NCBI GenBank assembly: GCA_963798085.1
Contig: CAWCRS010000005.1
Coordinates: forward strand, 32,001-96,000
Length of the DNA stretch: 64,000 bases
Direction of reading: 5' to 3'
DNA from: an uncultured Gemmatimonadales bacterium
GTDB lineage: Bacteria; Gemmatimonadota; Gemmatimonadetes; Longimicrobiales; RSA9
The translations under genes and the position numbers were made by a program. The notes beneath the pieces were generated by a model. It was not told the origin of the DNA, searched no databases, and saw only the letters and a program-made list of their open reading frames with translations. This document shows positions 19,923 through 32,807 of the stretch, in pieces. Within the stretch, counting starts at the first letter, position 1, and each line of letters begins with the position of its first letter.

Positions 19923-21310
19923 GCCGTCACACGACCTTCCCGCTTGCTGCGCCAGGAGCGCCAGACGTAGTAGACCGGCACACCGGCGAGGATGATGCCG
20001 AAGTCGAGCAGCGTCGTGGCTGTCTGGCGCACGAGGGCATTGGCCAGCAGTCCGACGGAACCGATGAGGAATACCAGCGGAACGAAGGGATAGCCCGTGG
20101 TGCGATAGGGCCGGTGCAGCTCGGGACGGCGGCGGCGCAGCAGGAAAACCGCACCCACACCGAGCGCATAGAAGGGCCAGATGCCGAGTACGAAGTCGCC
20201 GGCAAGCCGCTCGAACGGCCGCACGGACACATACGCTATGCCCAGCCCGGTGGCGAGCGCGATCGCGGCCCAGGGGGTGTGCCAGCGCGGATGCACGGCG
20301 GCAACCGGCTTGAAGAACAGGCGATCCGAAGCCATGGCGAAGAAAATGCGCGGCCCCGTCATCATCGAACCGTTCAGCGAACCGAACGTGGACAGCATGA
20401 CGAGAGCCGCCACAATCGCGGCGCCGCGGTCGCCGAAGATGCGCGTGGCCGCGTCCGCCGCCACCAGCTCGGATGCCGCCACATCCGGTAGCGGCAGCAC
20501 GTAGAGGTACGCGGCGTTCGTGATCAGGTAGACCAGCACCACGGCCGCCGTGCCCAGCACGAGTGCGCGCGGGAGATTGCGTTCGGGGCTGCGGATCTCG
20601 CCCGCCATGAACGTGAGGTCGGCCCAGCCATCGTAGGCCCACAGCACGCCGATCATGGCGATCCCGAAACCACCCATGGTGGTGGGAGCCCACACCATGG
20701 GACCGGACAGCGCGCCATGGCCAGTGCCGAACGCGAACGCCAGCAGTCCCACGAACACGAGCGCGATCACCTTGGCCAGTGTGGTCGAGTTCTCGATGGC
20801 CGCGCCCCAGCGGACCGAGCGGATGTTGGCGGCGCCAATCCCGGCGATGAGCGCGCCCGCGAGCACGCGCTGGCCCACCTCGGACATGGGCAGGAAGCGA
20901 CTCGTGTAGGCCGCGAAGATGACGGCAATGGCACCCAGCGCGGAGGGCCGGATGATCACCAGCTCCGTCCAGCCGAACAGGAACGCCGGCACCGGACCGT
21001 AGGCTTCGCGCAGGAAGACGTAGATGCCGCCGGACCGCGGGAACAGCGCTGTCAGCTCGGCGAGCGTGAGTGCCCCGAACAGCGCAACGATTGCGCCCGC
21101 GACCCACACCAGAATGATGCCGCCCAGGGTGCCCACATCGCCGGCGACGCTGCTCGGTACACGGAAGATGCCGCTGCCTATGGTACTGCCCACGAGCACC
21201 GCCATGGCGCTCCAGAGACCGAGACTGCGCGGCAGGTCACGGTCGGCCGGTTCGCCATCCGGCGCCGTGGCGCGCGTTCGGGCGGGCTGTTCCAGTTGCA
21301 CGGCCGGCAA
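19919..21310 (-). CDS. APC-family amino acid permease
   Basis: GSTIGSGIF, PRSGGIY, WAYDGW, PERNLPRA, RPYR. Confidence 0.92.
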   Translation of the reverse strand: MPAVQLEQPARTRATAPDGEPADRDLPRSLGLWSAMAVLVGSTIGSGIFRVPSSVAGDVGTLGGIILVWVAGAIVALFGALTLAELTALFPRSGGIYVFLREAYGPVPAFLFGWTELVIIRPSALGAIAVIFAAYTSRFLPMSEVGQRVLAGALIAGIGAANIRSVRWGAAIENSTTLAKVIALVFVGLLAFAFGTGHGALSGPMVWAPTTMGGFGIAMIGVLWAYDGWADLTFMAGEIRSPERNLPRALVLGTAAVVLVYLITNAAYLYVLPLPDVAASELVAADAATRIFGDRGAAIVAALVMLSTFGSLNGSMMTGPRIFFAMASDRLFFKPVAAVHPRWHTPWAAIALATGLGIAYVSVRPFERLAGDFVLGIWPFYALGVGAVFLLRRRRPELHRPYRTTGYPFVPLVFLIGSVGLLANALVRQTATTLLDFGIILAGVPVYYVWRSWRSKREGRVTA

Positions 21311-21450
21311 GATAGCCGGGCCTGTGTCGAGGCGGTACCCCCGCGCGGATCAGTGCCTTCCCCGCGTCGGCGAAATGACGAAGCGACGCGTCGGTGGCAT
21401 GCGACGCGTCGCCTCGAATCCGTGCAGCCGTGCCTGCTTCGTACCGCGAC

Positions 21451-21987
21451 TCAGCTGCGGGTCGCGGCCACCTTCGTTGCGCGCTCGGGCGCCGTGATCA
21501 CGCCCGGCGCCACACCCGCGCTCCGGCGCGGCAGCGCGCGCAGGCAGGCGGTACCCAGCCAGAGGAACGCGAACGCGGCTGTTACGTGCTTCGCGATGGC
21601 CCGCATGCCCGCCACCTGGAACAACGGCAGCTCGCCTGCTGGCACACTCGCGCGCAGCTGAAAGAAGTCCAGCACGAACAGCGGCACGAGCAGGCCGAGC
21701 GCGAGTGCGCACGCCAGATTCAGCGAACCCACCACCACGCGCGCACCTCGCTGGTTGCCGGCAAGCGCGACCGCGCTGGCCAGCACCATTCCCAGCAGCG
21801 GCGTCAGCAGGAACCCGGACAGCAGGCCGGACACCCCGTAGCGCCAGTCCAGTTGCGATGGGTGCAGCGGCAGAACATTGCCGACGAAATCGAACGCCGG
21901 TGTCAGCACCAGCAGCAGCGCCACGAAATACGCGGCGCCACTCATGCGGCCCAGGCCGCTACGATTGTCCTGCAGCACGTAGCTCAT
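21451..21987 (-). CDS. Hypothetical membrane protein (about 4 TM)
   Basis: Hydrophobic helices and a WRYG motif; starts 6 bp after the PEP-CTERM gene. Confidence 0.7.
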   Translation of the reverse strand: MSYVLQDNRSGLGRMSGAAYFVALLLVLTPAFDFVGNVLPLHPSQLDWRYGVSGLLSGFLLTPLLGMVLASAVALAGNQRGARVVVGSLNLACALALGLLVPLFVLDFFQLRASVPAGELPLFQVAGMRAIAKHVTAAFAFLWLGTACLRALPRRSAGVAPGVITAPERATKVAATRS

Positions 21988-21993
21988 TCTCGA

Positions 21994-22617
21994 TCAGACG
22001 CGCTCGAAGCGGAAGGACCGGCGGCGCCGCATCGCCAGCACGCCCAGCAGCAGGAGACCCGTCGCGAACAGGGCGACGGTCCCGGGCTCCGGTGTCACGT
22101 ACGTCAGGAACTCCTGCGTGCCACCGCGATCCTTGTCCACGTCCGTCACCACATAGAAGTACTTCGGATTGACCTCGCTGTAGTGCTGGTTCGCGAGATT
22201 GAGCCAGTAGTCCCCACTGGTGGGCGTCGGTCCGGCGCTCGTGAACAGGCGCCAGATCGTGGCCTGGATGTTCTTCCACTCGGCGGTCGCGTTCCTGCTG
22301 TACTGCTGCGTCAGCCACGCGGCTCGCAGATAGAGCGCATAGGCCGTCGCACCGCCGCGTGTCATGCTCAGATCGCCGGCCAGCGAGGAGAGGTTCGCCA
22401 TCCACACCTGGTTCAGCGAGATGTGGTGCAGAAAATCGACGCAGTACAGATCAATGCTGGGCTGGCCCGGCTCGGAGAGCAGCACCCCCTGGTACTGACC
22501 CACGTAGTAGCCGAAACCGGTGACGCCACCAGCGCTTGTGAACTTGATTTTTTCCTGGGCGGCAGCCGGGGAGACCGTCATGGCTGCGAGCGCGCCGATC
22601 AGCAGGAAACGTTTCAC
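21994..22617 (-). CDS. PEP-CTERM sorting-domain protein
   Basis: Signal peptide, YCVD motif, C-terminal VTPEPGTVALFATGLLLLGVLAMRRRR. Confidence 0.9.
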   Translation of the reverse strand: MKRFLLIGALAAMTVSPAAAQEKIKFTSAGGVTGFGYYVGQYQGVLLSEPGQPSIDLYCVDFLHHISLNQVWMANLSSLAGDLSMTRGGATAYALYLRAAWLTQQYSRNATAEWKNIQATIWRLFTSAGPTPTSGDYWLNLANQHYSEVNPKYFYVVTDVDKDRGGTQEFLTYVTPEPGTVALFATGLLLLGVLAMRRRRSFRFERV

Positions 22618-22709
22618 CGTCGAAACCCTCCACCCGTTCCGTGAGTTGGCGGACCGTCGCGCGGCTCCGCGCGGCGCGCTCCATCGCGCACCGTTGACAT
22701 GCTCGTGTC

Positions 22710-22725
22710 AGCATCGCCCGTGCCA
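22710..22725 (-). promoter_or_regulatory. Sigma-54 (-24/-12) promoter of the PEP-CTERM gene
   Basis: Minus strand reads TGGCACGGGCGATGCT (GG-N10-GC), about 90 bp upstream of the start. Confidence 0.65.
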
Positions 22726-22979
22726 CCGCCCTCCGCTCCAGCGGCCGGGCCGACGACGGCATGTCGTCGCAGGCACAAGCGCTTCTCGGTGAAGTAGTTG
22801 CACGCGGTCGCCTGCTCCTGCCCTGCCCTTTCACGAAGCCCCGCGGAGCGCACGCGGCGTGTCCGGCGGTGGAACGATTCGTGGCAGGGCTGCATCGCTT
22901 TGCGTGCGAACGCCGGTGTTCGCACGCCACAGCCTCACGCCCGGCACGCACGCTGACGCAAGGGTCACCGTCCACGCTT

Positions 22980-23012
22980 GCAGAATGCAAGTCGCGGGCT
23001 CTTGCATTCTGC
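22980..23012. repeat. Perfect 12-bp inverted repeat
   Basis: GCAGAATGCAAG-N9-CTTGCATTCTGC. Confidence 0.8.
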
Positions 23013-23014
23013 GA

Positions 23015-23050
23015 ACGCCGCGGGTTCTTAACACGCCGCGGGTTCTTAAC
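23015..23050. repeat. 18-bp tandem duplication
   Basis: ACGCCGCGGGTTCTTAAC twice in tandem. Confidence 0.9.
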
Positions 23051-23248
23051 ACACAGTTAAACCTGCAGGGGCATGCGGGGGCGCCCGCCGCGACCCCGGC
23101 GCTGCGGCCGGCCCGTGACAACAAGTCCAGGCCGGCGCACATCCCGGGTGTGACACGCGGCCAGCCGCGCTCACGCATCGAAAACAGGGACGGGCGCGCG
23201 AGGAACAGCGGGTCGCCCCGTAATATATGGTTAGCCGCGCACGGGGTG

Positions 23249-23584
23249 TCAGTCGTGTGCCGGACGCAGCCCCGCGACGATTCCGGGCAGCCGCGCGTGG
23301 GCGTTGTCGCACCCGGCACCGCTGCGCTCGAGGCGGATGATCAGCGTCATATGGCCCGGCCCGTCTTCCGTCATGGCGAGCGCCCACTGGCAGCCGCAGG
23401 CGAGCGGCTGCACGGGCGCCAGCTCCATACAAGCCAGCGCGCGCGCGTACAGCCTGGACTGCGCGAGATATTCCTCCCGCATATCGCCGGCACCGTGCTT
23501 TTCGGAGAGCCAGCCTGCGCGGTCGCGCAGGTTTTCCAGCTCGCGGCGCACGCGAGCCGTCGCCGCCGCCTCTGGCGCACTCAT
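23249..23584 (-). CDS. Hypothetical protein
   Basis: ATG-started ORF (MSAPEAAATARVRRELENLR...) with protein-like composition and no recognised domain. Confidence 0.3.
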   Translation of the reverse strand: MSAPEAAATARVRRELENLRDRAGWLSEKHGAGDMREEYLAQSRLYARALACMELAPVQPLACGCQWALAMTEDGPGHMTLIIRLERSGAGCDNAHARLPGIVAGLRPAHD

Positions 23585-23897
23585 GTGCCTGCCCCGGGCG
23601 TTACGCCCTGTTCGAACCCTCGTCGGTTCCGCGACGAGCCGGCGGCGCGATGCCGCGGGCCCGCGTCTCAGCGCCCTGAAGATGGGGAGCCCCTCTGACA
23701 GCGCCGCCGCCCTTGCAGGCGGTCCGTGCACTGCTGCGGCGTGGGCGGCAAGCGGATCGACTTGGTGGGCGCCCTTACTCGCTATACCTTGAACGAGCGG
23801 TCCTGTGGAACGTTCGCCGGCAGATCAGCGTCGCGCGCGGGCTGAGGCGCGCAGTGGTGCAACAGGAGAACTCGAACCCACTCCCGGGGTTGCTGCG

Positions 23898-24311
23898 ATG
23901 CCCGTTTCCTACGCGGTCCATTCGGACCTTTGCCTGATTCGCACGCGGTGCAGCGGGCACACGACTCTGGCGGAAGTGCTGGCCCACTTCCAGGAGCTCA
24001 GGAGCACACCTTCGTTGCCCCAGCCTCTCGACGTGCATCTCGATCTCAGCGGATTGACGTCAAAGCCGACGCTCGACCAGATCGAGGCTGCAGCGGGCAG
24101 GACGGCATCACTCGCGCCCACACTGCGCTGGGGCGCGCTCGCCATTGTGGTAGACACGGAAAGCGCTCGGGAAACGAGCATGCTCTACGAAGCCCTCATC
24201 CGCCACTACTTCGAGCGCATCGGGGTTTTTCGGAAGCCGGCCGACGCAGAGGCCTGGTTGGCGTCGGTGCGCGAGGAACGAGGCCCTGACGCCGGGGATC
24301 GCCATCGCTGA
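23898..24311 (+). CDS. STAS/SEC14 (SpoIIAA-like) domain protein
   Basis: Size and motifs LDLSG, LAIVV, VFRKPADAEAWL. Confidence 0.65.
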   Translation: MPVSYAVHSDLCLIRTRCSGHTTLAEVLAHFQELRSTPSLPQPLDVHLDLSGLTSKPTLDQIEAAAGRTASLAPTLRWGALAIVVDTESARETSMLYEALIRHYFERIGVFRKPADAEAWLASVREERGPDAGDRHR

Positions 24312-24376
24312 GCGGCAGCGCGCCCGCGGTCGCTCTGCCGTGTCGCCCGATTCCCGGTTCGCGCAATGGTGGAGAA

Positions 24377-24449
24377 TGGAGCGTACCGGGATCGAACCGG
24401 TGACCTTCTGGTTGCAAACCAGACGCTCTCCCAGCTGAGCTAACGCCCC
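24377..24449 (-). tRNA. tRNA-Ala(TGC)
   Basis: GGGGCGTTAGCTCAGCTGGGAGAGCG-TCTGG-TTTGCAA-CCAGA-AGGTC-ACCGG-TTCGATC-CCGGT-ACGCTCCA; G3:U70 pair; CCA not directly encoded. Confidence 0.97.
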
Positions 24450-24581
24450 GACGCACGCGTTTCGCGAATGATCACGAGTATCGCACGCGCGCAGGACGAC
24501 GTTAATGGGCGAGGAGATGCGATCAAGCCGGAGCGCCCGCGTTGCTGCGCACGAGCACGTAGCAACGATCTTCCGACTGAT

Positions 24582-25437
24582 TCAGGCGCTGCGGCCTCGT
24601 CGTGTGGGGCGAATCTCTTCGCGGCGGCGGCGAGCGGCCTGCAGGAGGATGGCTGCGGTCAGCTCGGCGTCCTCGACGAGGATGAAGCCGCGCGCGCTGT
24701 CGACGGATTCATCGAGGCGAAGGCCGTCGGCGAAGAGCACGACACTCTCGAGTCGTGCGTGCGGGATGCTGACTGTGCGCTTGGCGCCCTGAAACAGCGT
24801 ACGGCGACTGGTGACGACGAACATGCCGAGGTCGACGGGCAGGATTTCCTCGTTGGGACGCAGCGCGGCACGGTGGCCCGCGGCGGAGAACCGGCGCCCG
24901 CCGGTCACGGCCAGGGTCACACCCTGCGGCTCGAGGCGGGGACGGCCGGGCATCTCCAGTCGGTCGGCAAGCGAGGCCTGCACCACCCAGTGACAGACTT
25001 CGCGTGGCACGAGCGGCAACGGCGATTCGACGGTGGGCAGTTCGCCCGCTTCAACCCGGGCCAGCAGCCGCAGGCGGGCCAGCCGATTCACATCCTCGCC
25101 CAGATCCTCCTCGCTCAGGCCGAGCTGCTGCTGCAGCCGGATCAGCTGCTGATCCTCTTCCGGCGTGAGACGCGCATCGGCCAGCGCGCTACGCAGCGCG
25201 CCACGGTCAGATGGCGCGCGCCACCATGCGCACCTCGGCGTGCGTGAGGTCACGCTCCGCGCGGATGCGTTCCAGTTCGGCGATTTCTTCCGGCGCGAGC
25301 GTGCCATCGGCGAGCGCGTTCTCGAGCGTGCGACGATAGAGACGGCGGGCGGCACGGCGACGCTGCAGCACCCAGAAGACACCGCAACCGGCCAGCACGG
25401 CCGTGAATGCTGCGGCGAGTGCGATTGGTCCATTCAC
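24582..25437 (-). CDS. Membrane-anchored hypothetical protein (TerB-like helical repeats plus PH-like C-domain); frameshift near 25208
   Basis: N-terminal TM, two ALAD-x2-L-x-PEE repeats, GMFVVTSRRTLFQG. Confidence 0.6.
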
Positions 25438-25667
25438 AGCCGGATGCTAATGCGCGCGGCCGGACGCGGGCAACTGGCCCGGGACGACCGTAATCGGCCG
25501 GGCCGGCCTCGCCTGCGCGGGCGATGGCCTCATATCGAAGCCCGACGGAGAGTTACCCAGCCGTCATGGCGGGCGTGCGAATCGGCTTCCGCCGGCATTG
25601 GACCGGCCGTAGCTTGCTCCCAGCGGCCGAGGGATGGCCGGCGGACAGCCACCTGGATGGAGGATGC

Positions 25668-26342
25668 ATGCGCGCGATGATCGCAGTGGTGGGTATGCTG
25701 GCACTGGCGGCGCCGCTGGCGGCGCAGGGTCACATGGGTGATCCAACGAAGAAGATCGAAGGCGGCGGTGTGTTTCCGCCGGGCTGGCACGCCCGCGTGG
25801 ATCAGGCCAGCGAATCGACCGACCAGGTCAAGTTCGTGACGATGGGCAGCGGTTACCACGTCACCCTGGGCCCGCACACCATCCTGTGGAACGCTACTAA
25901 CACAGCGTCAGGAAGCTATCGCGTGACCGCGCAGTTCGCAGGCGTGCTGCAGCCCGCAGGGCATGGCGCGGGCGGTGAATCCTACGGTCTCATCTTCGGC
26001 GGCTCGAACCTGGACAGGGACAACCAGACCTACTTCTACTTCATCATCCACAAGAGTGGCGAGTGGGAGCTGCGGCATCGCGCGGGCGCGGCGGTGCACG
26101 ATGTGCAGACGTGGACCGCGAACCCGGCCATCCAGGCGGCGGACGCGTCCAGCAAGCAGACAAATACGCTGTCAGTGGAAGTGGGCGCGGACAAGGTGCG
26201 CCTGCTGGCCAACGGCAGGGAAGTGGGCAGCCTGGACCGCAGCCAGCTGGAAGCCATGAGCCCGCTGAACGGCATCGCCGGTATGCGCTTCAGCCACAAC
26301 CTCAATGGGCACATCGGCAGCTTCACCGTGGAAAAGATGTAG
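25668..26342 (+). CDS. Secreted protein, DUF1080/concanavalin-like
   Basis: GGAGG RBS, signal peptide, HVTLGP, ESYGLIFGG; beta-rich. Confidence 0.65.
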   Translation: MRAMIAVVGMLALAAPLAAQGHMGDPTKKIEGGGVFPPGWHARVDQASESTDQVKFVTMGSGYHVTLGPHTILWNATNTASGSYRVTAQFAGVLQPAGHGAGGESYGLIFGGSNLDRDNQTYFYFIIHKSGEWELRHRAGAAVHDVQTWTANPAIQAADASSKQTNTLSVEVGADKVRLLANGREVGSLDRSQLEAMSPLNGIAGMRFSHNLNGHIGSFTVEKM

Positions 26343-26353
26343 GCGACGACGCC

Positions 26354-27472
26354 ATGACACAGCCTCGTACGGTGCACGAGCTGACGACGCCCGCCGGACT
26401 GGTGGACGTCGACCGCATGCGCGCCAACCTGGATCGGCTGGCTGAGTACACGCGGGTTCACGGGCTGGCGCTGCGACCGCACATCAAGACGCACAAGGTG
26501 CCGGCGCTGGCCCGCGAGCAGCTGCGCCGCGGCGCGGCGGGTCTGACGGTCGCCACACTGCACGAAGCGCGCTGCATGTCCGCGGTGGCGGACGACATTC
26601 TCATGGCGTACCCGCCTGTGGGACGCGTGCGGCTGAACGGCATCGTCGCGCTGCCGGAACCCGTGCGCGTGACGGTGGGCCTGGACTCGACCAGCGCACT
26701 CGACGCGCTTTCGGTCGCGGCGGCCGCGGCGGGCCGCACCATTGGCGTCTATGTCGAAATGGATGTGGGTATGCACCGTGTGGGATTGCCGCGCACGCAG
26801 GACGTGGTGCAGCTGGCGCAGCGCGCGATCGATGCGCGCGGCATCGCCTATCGCGGCGTGATGTTCTATCCGGGTCACATTCGCCAGCGTGTCGAGGAGC
26901 AGACTCCCTGGCAGCAGCGGCTTTCGCAGGATCTGGCAGAGCGGCTGGATGCGCTGCGTGCGGCAGGGCTGACGCCGGCGGCGGTGAGCGGCGGCTCGAC
27001 GCCCACCGCATATTCCTCGCACGAAGTCGCGGGCCTGACCGAGATCCGGCCCGGCACGTACATCTTCAACGATCGCGGCACGGCGGAGATCGGTGCGTGC
27101 ACAGCCGATGACTGCGCCTACACCGTGCTCGCCACGGTGGTAAGCACGGCAGTGCCCGGCCAGGCCGTGGTGGATGCCGGCTCGAAGGCGATCGGCCGGG
27201 AGCCGGTGCGCGGTGCGGAAGGCGAAGGCTATGGCGCACTGCTCGACAGACCCGAGGTGCTGGTGCGCAGCATGAGCGAGGAGCACGGCATTCTCGATCT
27301 GACGCAGAGCGACTGGCGGCCGGCCGTGGGCGACCTCGTGCGCATCGTCCCCAACCACGTCTGCTATTCGGTGAATCTCCAGCCCATCCTCTGGGCCGTG
27401 CAGGGCAATGTGGTGACGGACCAGTGGGAAGTCGCGGCCCGCGGCTGGACCGAAGCGCGGCCCGCCGCCTGA
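26354..27472 (+). CDS. D-threonine aldolase / DSD1-family PLP-dependent enzyme
   Basis: RPHIKTHK, SGGSTPT, EIRPGTYIFND, DAGSK, SEEHG, PNHVC. Confidence 0.92.
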   Translation: MTQPRTVHELTTPAGLVDVDRMRANLDRLAEYTRVHGLALRPHIKTHKVPALAREQLRRGAAGLTVATLHEARCMSAVADDILMAYPPVGRVRLNGIVALPEPVRVTVGLDSTSALDALSVAAAAAGRTIGVYVEMDVGMHRVGLPRTQDVVQLAQRAIDARGIAYRGVMFYPGHIRQRVEEQTPWQQRLSQDLAERLDALRAAGLTPAAVSGGSTPTAYSSHEVAGLTEIRPGTYIFNDRGTAEIGACTADDCAYTVLATVVSTAVPGQAVVDAGSKAIGREPVRGAEGEGYGALLDRPEVLVRSMSEEHGILDLTQSDWRPAVGDLVRIVPNHVCYSVNLQPILWAVQGNVVTDQWEVAARGWTEARPAA

Positions 27473-27693
27473 GCCTCTCCTAACACGATCCTTGCAGGCG
27501 ACGCCGCCGCTTTGCGTTCGCGTCTGTCCCGCGACCGGCACAGCGGAGTGACACCGTTTCCGGTCAGTGCGAGGCGCACGGGCCCGCAGATCGATTCGTG
27601 CAACCACCTGCCCTGCAACGAAATACGGTCCACGACCGGGGCAAGGAACGGGCCCTGCCCTGAAGCCGGGTGCACTCGCACGAGGGAGGAGCA

Positions 27694-28305
27694 ATGAGCA
27701 CTCGACGTTTGGTTCTGATGACGACGGCACTCACAGTCTCGCTGGCGGCGCCGGTGCTGGCGCAGGGGCGGGACACCCATGCAGAGCGGGCGCGCCAGGG
27801 ACAGGCGACCGGTGTGATGGTGCCGCGCGGTGATAGTCGAGCCGATGGCGATCGGGATGAATGCGATGACAACGACCGCGCCCGGAATCGTGATCGCGAC
27901 GCGGGCTCGCACGACTGGAACGATGCCGACGGCCGGCGCGACCGGCATGACAGCGACTGCAACGTGGTCGCCGAACGCCGGGACGGCCGCTACCCCGCGC
28001 GCTACGATGCTCGCAGCGTGTTAGTGCGGGAGCACGCGCAGCTGCTGGAGCGCCTGGAGCGCGAACACGAGCAGTGGCATCGCGAGCACGGCTGGGTTGC
28101 CCGCAATCCCGGCTGGGAGCGTGCCCATGCGAAACTGCACGAGCGGCTGGAGCGCGAACACGAGCGCTTCCATCGGTCGCGCGCCGTGGGCTATCGCCTG
28201 CCCGGCGACCGCCGGCAGGGCTCTGCGGCCTGGGGTTTCATCCAGCCGGGGCTTCGGATCGGTGTCGTGGTGGAGGCCGGGAGTCAGGGCCGGCGAGAGC
28301 ACTGA
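27694..28305 (+). CDS. Secreted His/Arg/Asp-rich hypothetical protein
   Basis: GGAGG RBS, signal peptide ending PVLA-Q, duplicated ERLEREHExxHR motif. Confidence 0.65.
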   Translation: MSTRRLVLMTTALTVSLAAPVLAQGRDTHAERARQGQATGVMVPRGDSRADGDRDECDDNDRARNRDRDAGSHDWNDADGRRDRHDSDCNVVAERRDGRYPARYDARSVLVREHAQLLERLEREHEQWHREHGWVARNPGWERAHAKLHERLEREHERFHRSRAVGYRLPGDRRQGSAAWGFIQPGLRIGVVVEAGSQGRREH

Positions 28306-28350
28306 TCAGCGGGCACTCGAGTCTCGCGCGTTCCGGAGCGGAGGCTGGAG

Positions 28351-28386
28351 AGCGGAGGTGGAGGCGACGACGCTTCCACCTCCGCT
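28351..28386. terminator. 16-bp hairpin between convergent genes
   Basis: AGCGGAGGTGGAGGCG-ACGA-CGCTTCCACCTCCGCT. Confidence 0.6.
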
Positions 28387-28390
28387 GCCG

Positions 28391-31188
<2,798 letters not shown>

Positions 31189-31445
31189 TGCAGGCTTCCC
31201 TTCCCGACCCGAAGAAGACGTCGTGCAGCGTCGTCGCCCGTGATGTTCTGCAATACCCCGCTGCGCCCGTGAGGAGGCAGGCGCAGCCGCGCCAATTATG
31301 TTGCCGCTGCCGCGGCCCGGCCAGCCTCGGCCCGCGCAGCGGGGCGCGGCCGCGCGTCGGGGCCGGCCGGCGCTTACTTGCGCGCGCCGTCGCTGCGGTT
31401 AGCATTCCGGCAGACGAACCAGCGACACCCACAGCGGCCAGCCCA

Positions 31446-32641
31446 ATGAACCGCACCGCCCGGCGCACGCACGGCTTCACAGAATCCGTGATCCGCGACA
31501 TGACGCGCGTAGCGAACGAGGCCGGCGCCATCAATCTGGCGCAGGGCTTTCCGGATTTTCCGGCTCCCGATGTGTTGAAGGAAGCCGCGTGCGCTGCGAT
31601 TCGTGCGGACGTGAATCAGTACGCCGTCACGTGGGGCACGCCGCGGCTGCGTCGTGCGCTGGCCGCGAAGTATGCGCGCGACTACGGCATGGAAGTGGAT
31701 CGAGGCGAGGGAAGTCACGGTGACGTGCGGCGCGACGGAAGCCATGGCCGCGGCGCTGATGGCGGTGATCGATCCCGGTGACGAAGTCATCATCTTCGAG
31801 CCGTTCTACGAGAACTACGGGCCCGACGCCATCCTCTGTGACGCCCGCCCCGTCTGGGTGCCGCTCGGATGCATCCGGCGCTCTGGACATCGAGCGCATC
31901 CGCGCAGCCATATCGCCGCGCACGCGCGCCATTGTGATCAATTCGCCCAACAACCCCACAGGCCGCGTATTCGACCGCGCCGAGCTGGAAGCGATCGCCG
32001 AGCTGTGCCGTGCGCACGATCTGCTGGCGATCACGGACGAGATCTACGAACACATCCGTTATGATGCCGAGCACGTGCCGATGGCCACGCTGCCGGGCAT
32101 GCGCGAGCGCACCATCACGATCAGCGGTTTCTCCAAGACGTTCAGCATCACCGGCTGGCGCGTGGGCACGATCGTCGCGCCGCCCGACATCACACAGGCC
32201 ATCCGCAAGGTGCATGACTTCCTGACCGTGGGCTCGCCTGCGCCGCTGCAGGAAGCCTGTGCCGTCGCGCTGGAAACCATCGGCCGGGAATACTACGACA
32301 ACATGGCGCAGGAGTATCGCGAGCGGCGCGACGTGCTCTATGGCGCACTGTTAGCCGCCGGCTTCCGCTGCGCACCGCCGGGTGGCGCGTACTACATCCT
32401 GGCGGACTTCTCTGCGCTGAGCACGCGCGATGACGTGAGTTACTCGAAGTGGCTGGCGCGCGGCGGCGCGGATGGTGGCGACGCGTCACGGGGCGGCGGC
32501 GTCGCGCCGGTTCCGGGTTCGAGCTTCTTCCATGACCCGGCCATGGGCCGGCACCTGGTCCGCTTCGCTTTCTGCAAGCGCGTCGAGACCCTGCGCTCCG
32601 CCGGCTCCCGCCTCTGCGCCATCGCGCGCGATCCCTTCTGA
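31446..32641 (+). CDS. Class I/II PLP-dependent aminotransferase; frameshifts near 31700 and 31870
   Basis: INLAQGFPDF, CGATEA, NSPNNPTG, DEIYE, SKTFSITGWRVG, RFAFCK. Confidence 0.92.
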
Positions 32642-32807
32642 GATCCCGCCAGGCGAAACAGCACGTCCATCGCTGCTAAAGCACACCTGCACAGGCGTCG
32701 ATCCTAAGACCGACGCCAGCCGGCAATGGAGATGCCGGCGCGGTGTCAGGGGCCGGCCCCCTGGTCACACCGATACCGGCCTCGATCGAAATACTGAGGG
32801 AGCACTC

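Noticed and set aside
23015..23060. Mini CRISPR array or integron attC site
   Set aside because: There are only two adjacent 18-bp units with no spacer, no cas or intI genes, and no proper attC stem.
23210..23240. dif site
   Set aside because: The TAA-N-TTA core is suggestive, but the XerD arm (TTATGTTAAAT) is not matched.
21451..24449. Prophage or integrative element at tRNA-Ala
   Set aside because: No integrase, phage gene or distal att repeat was seen in the window.
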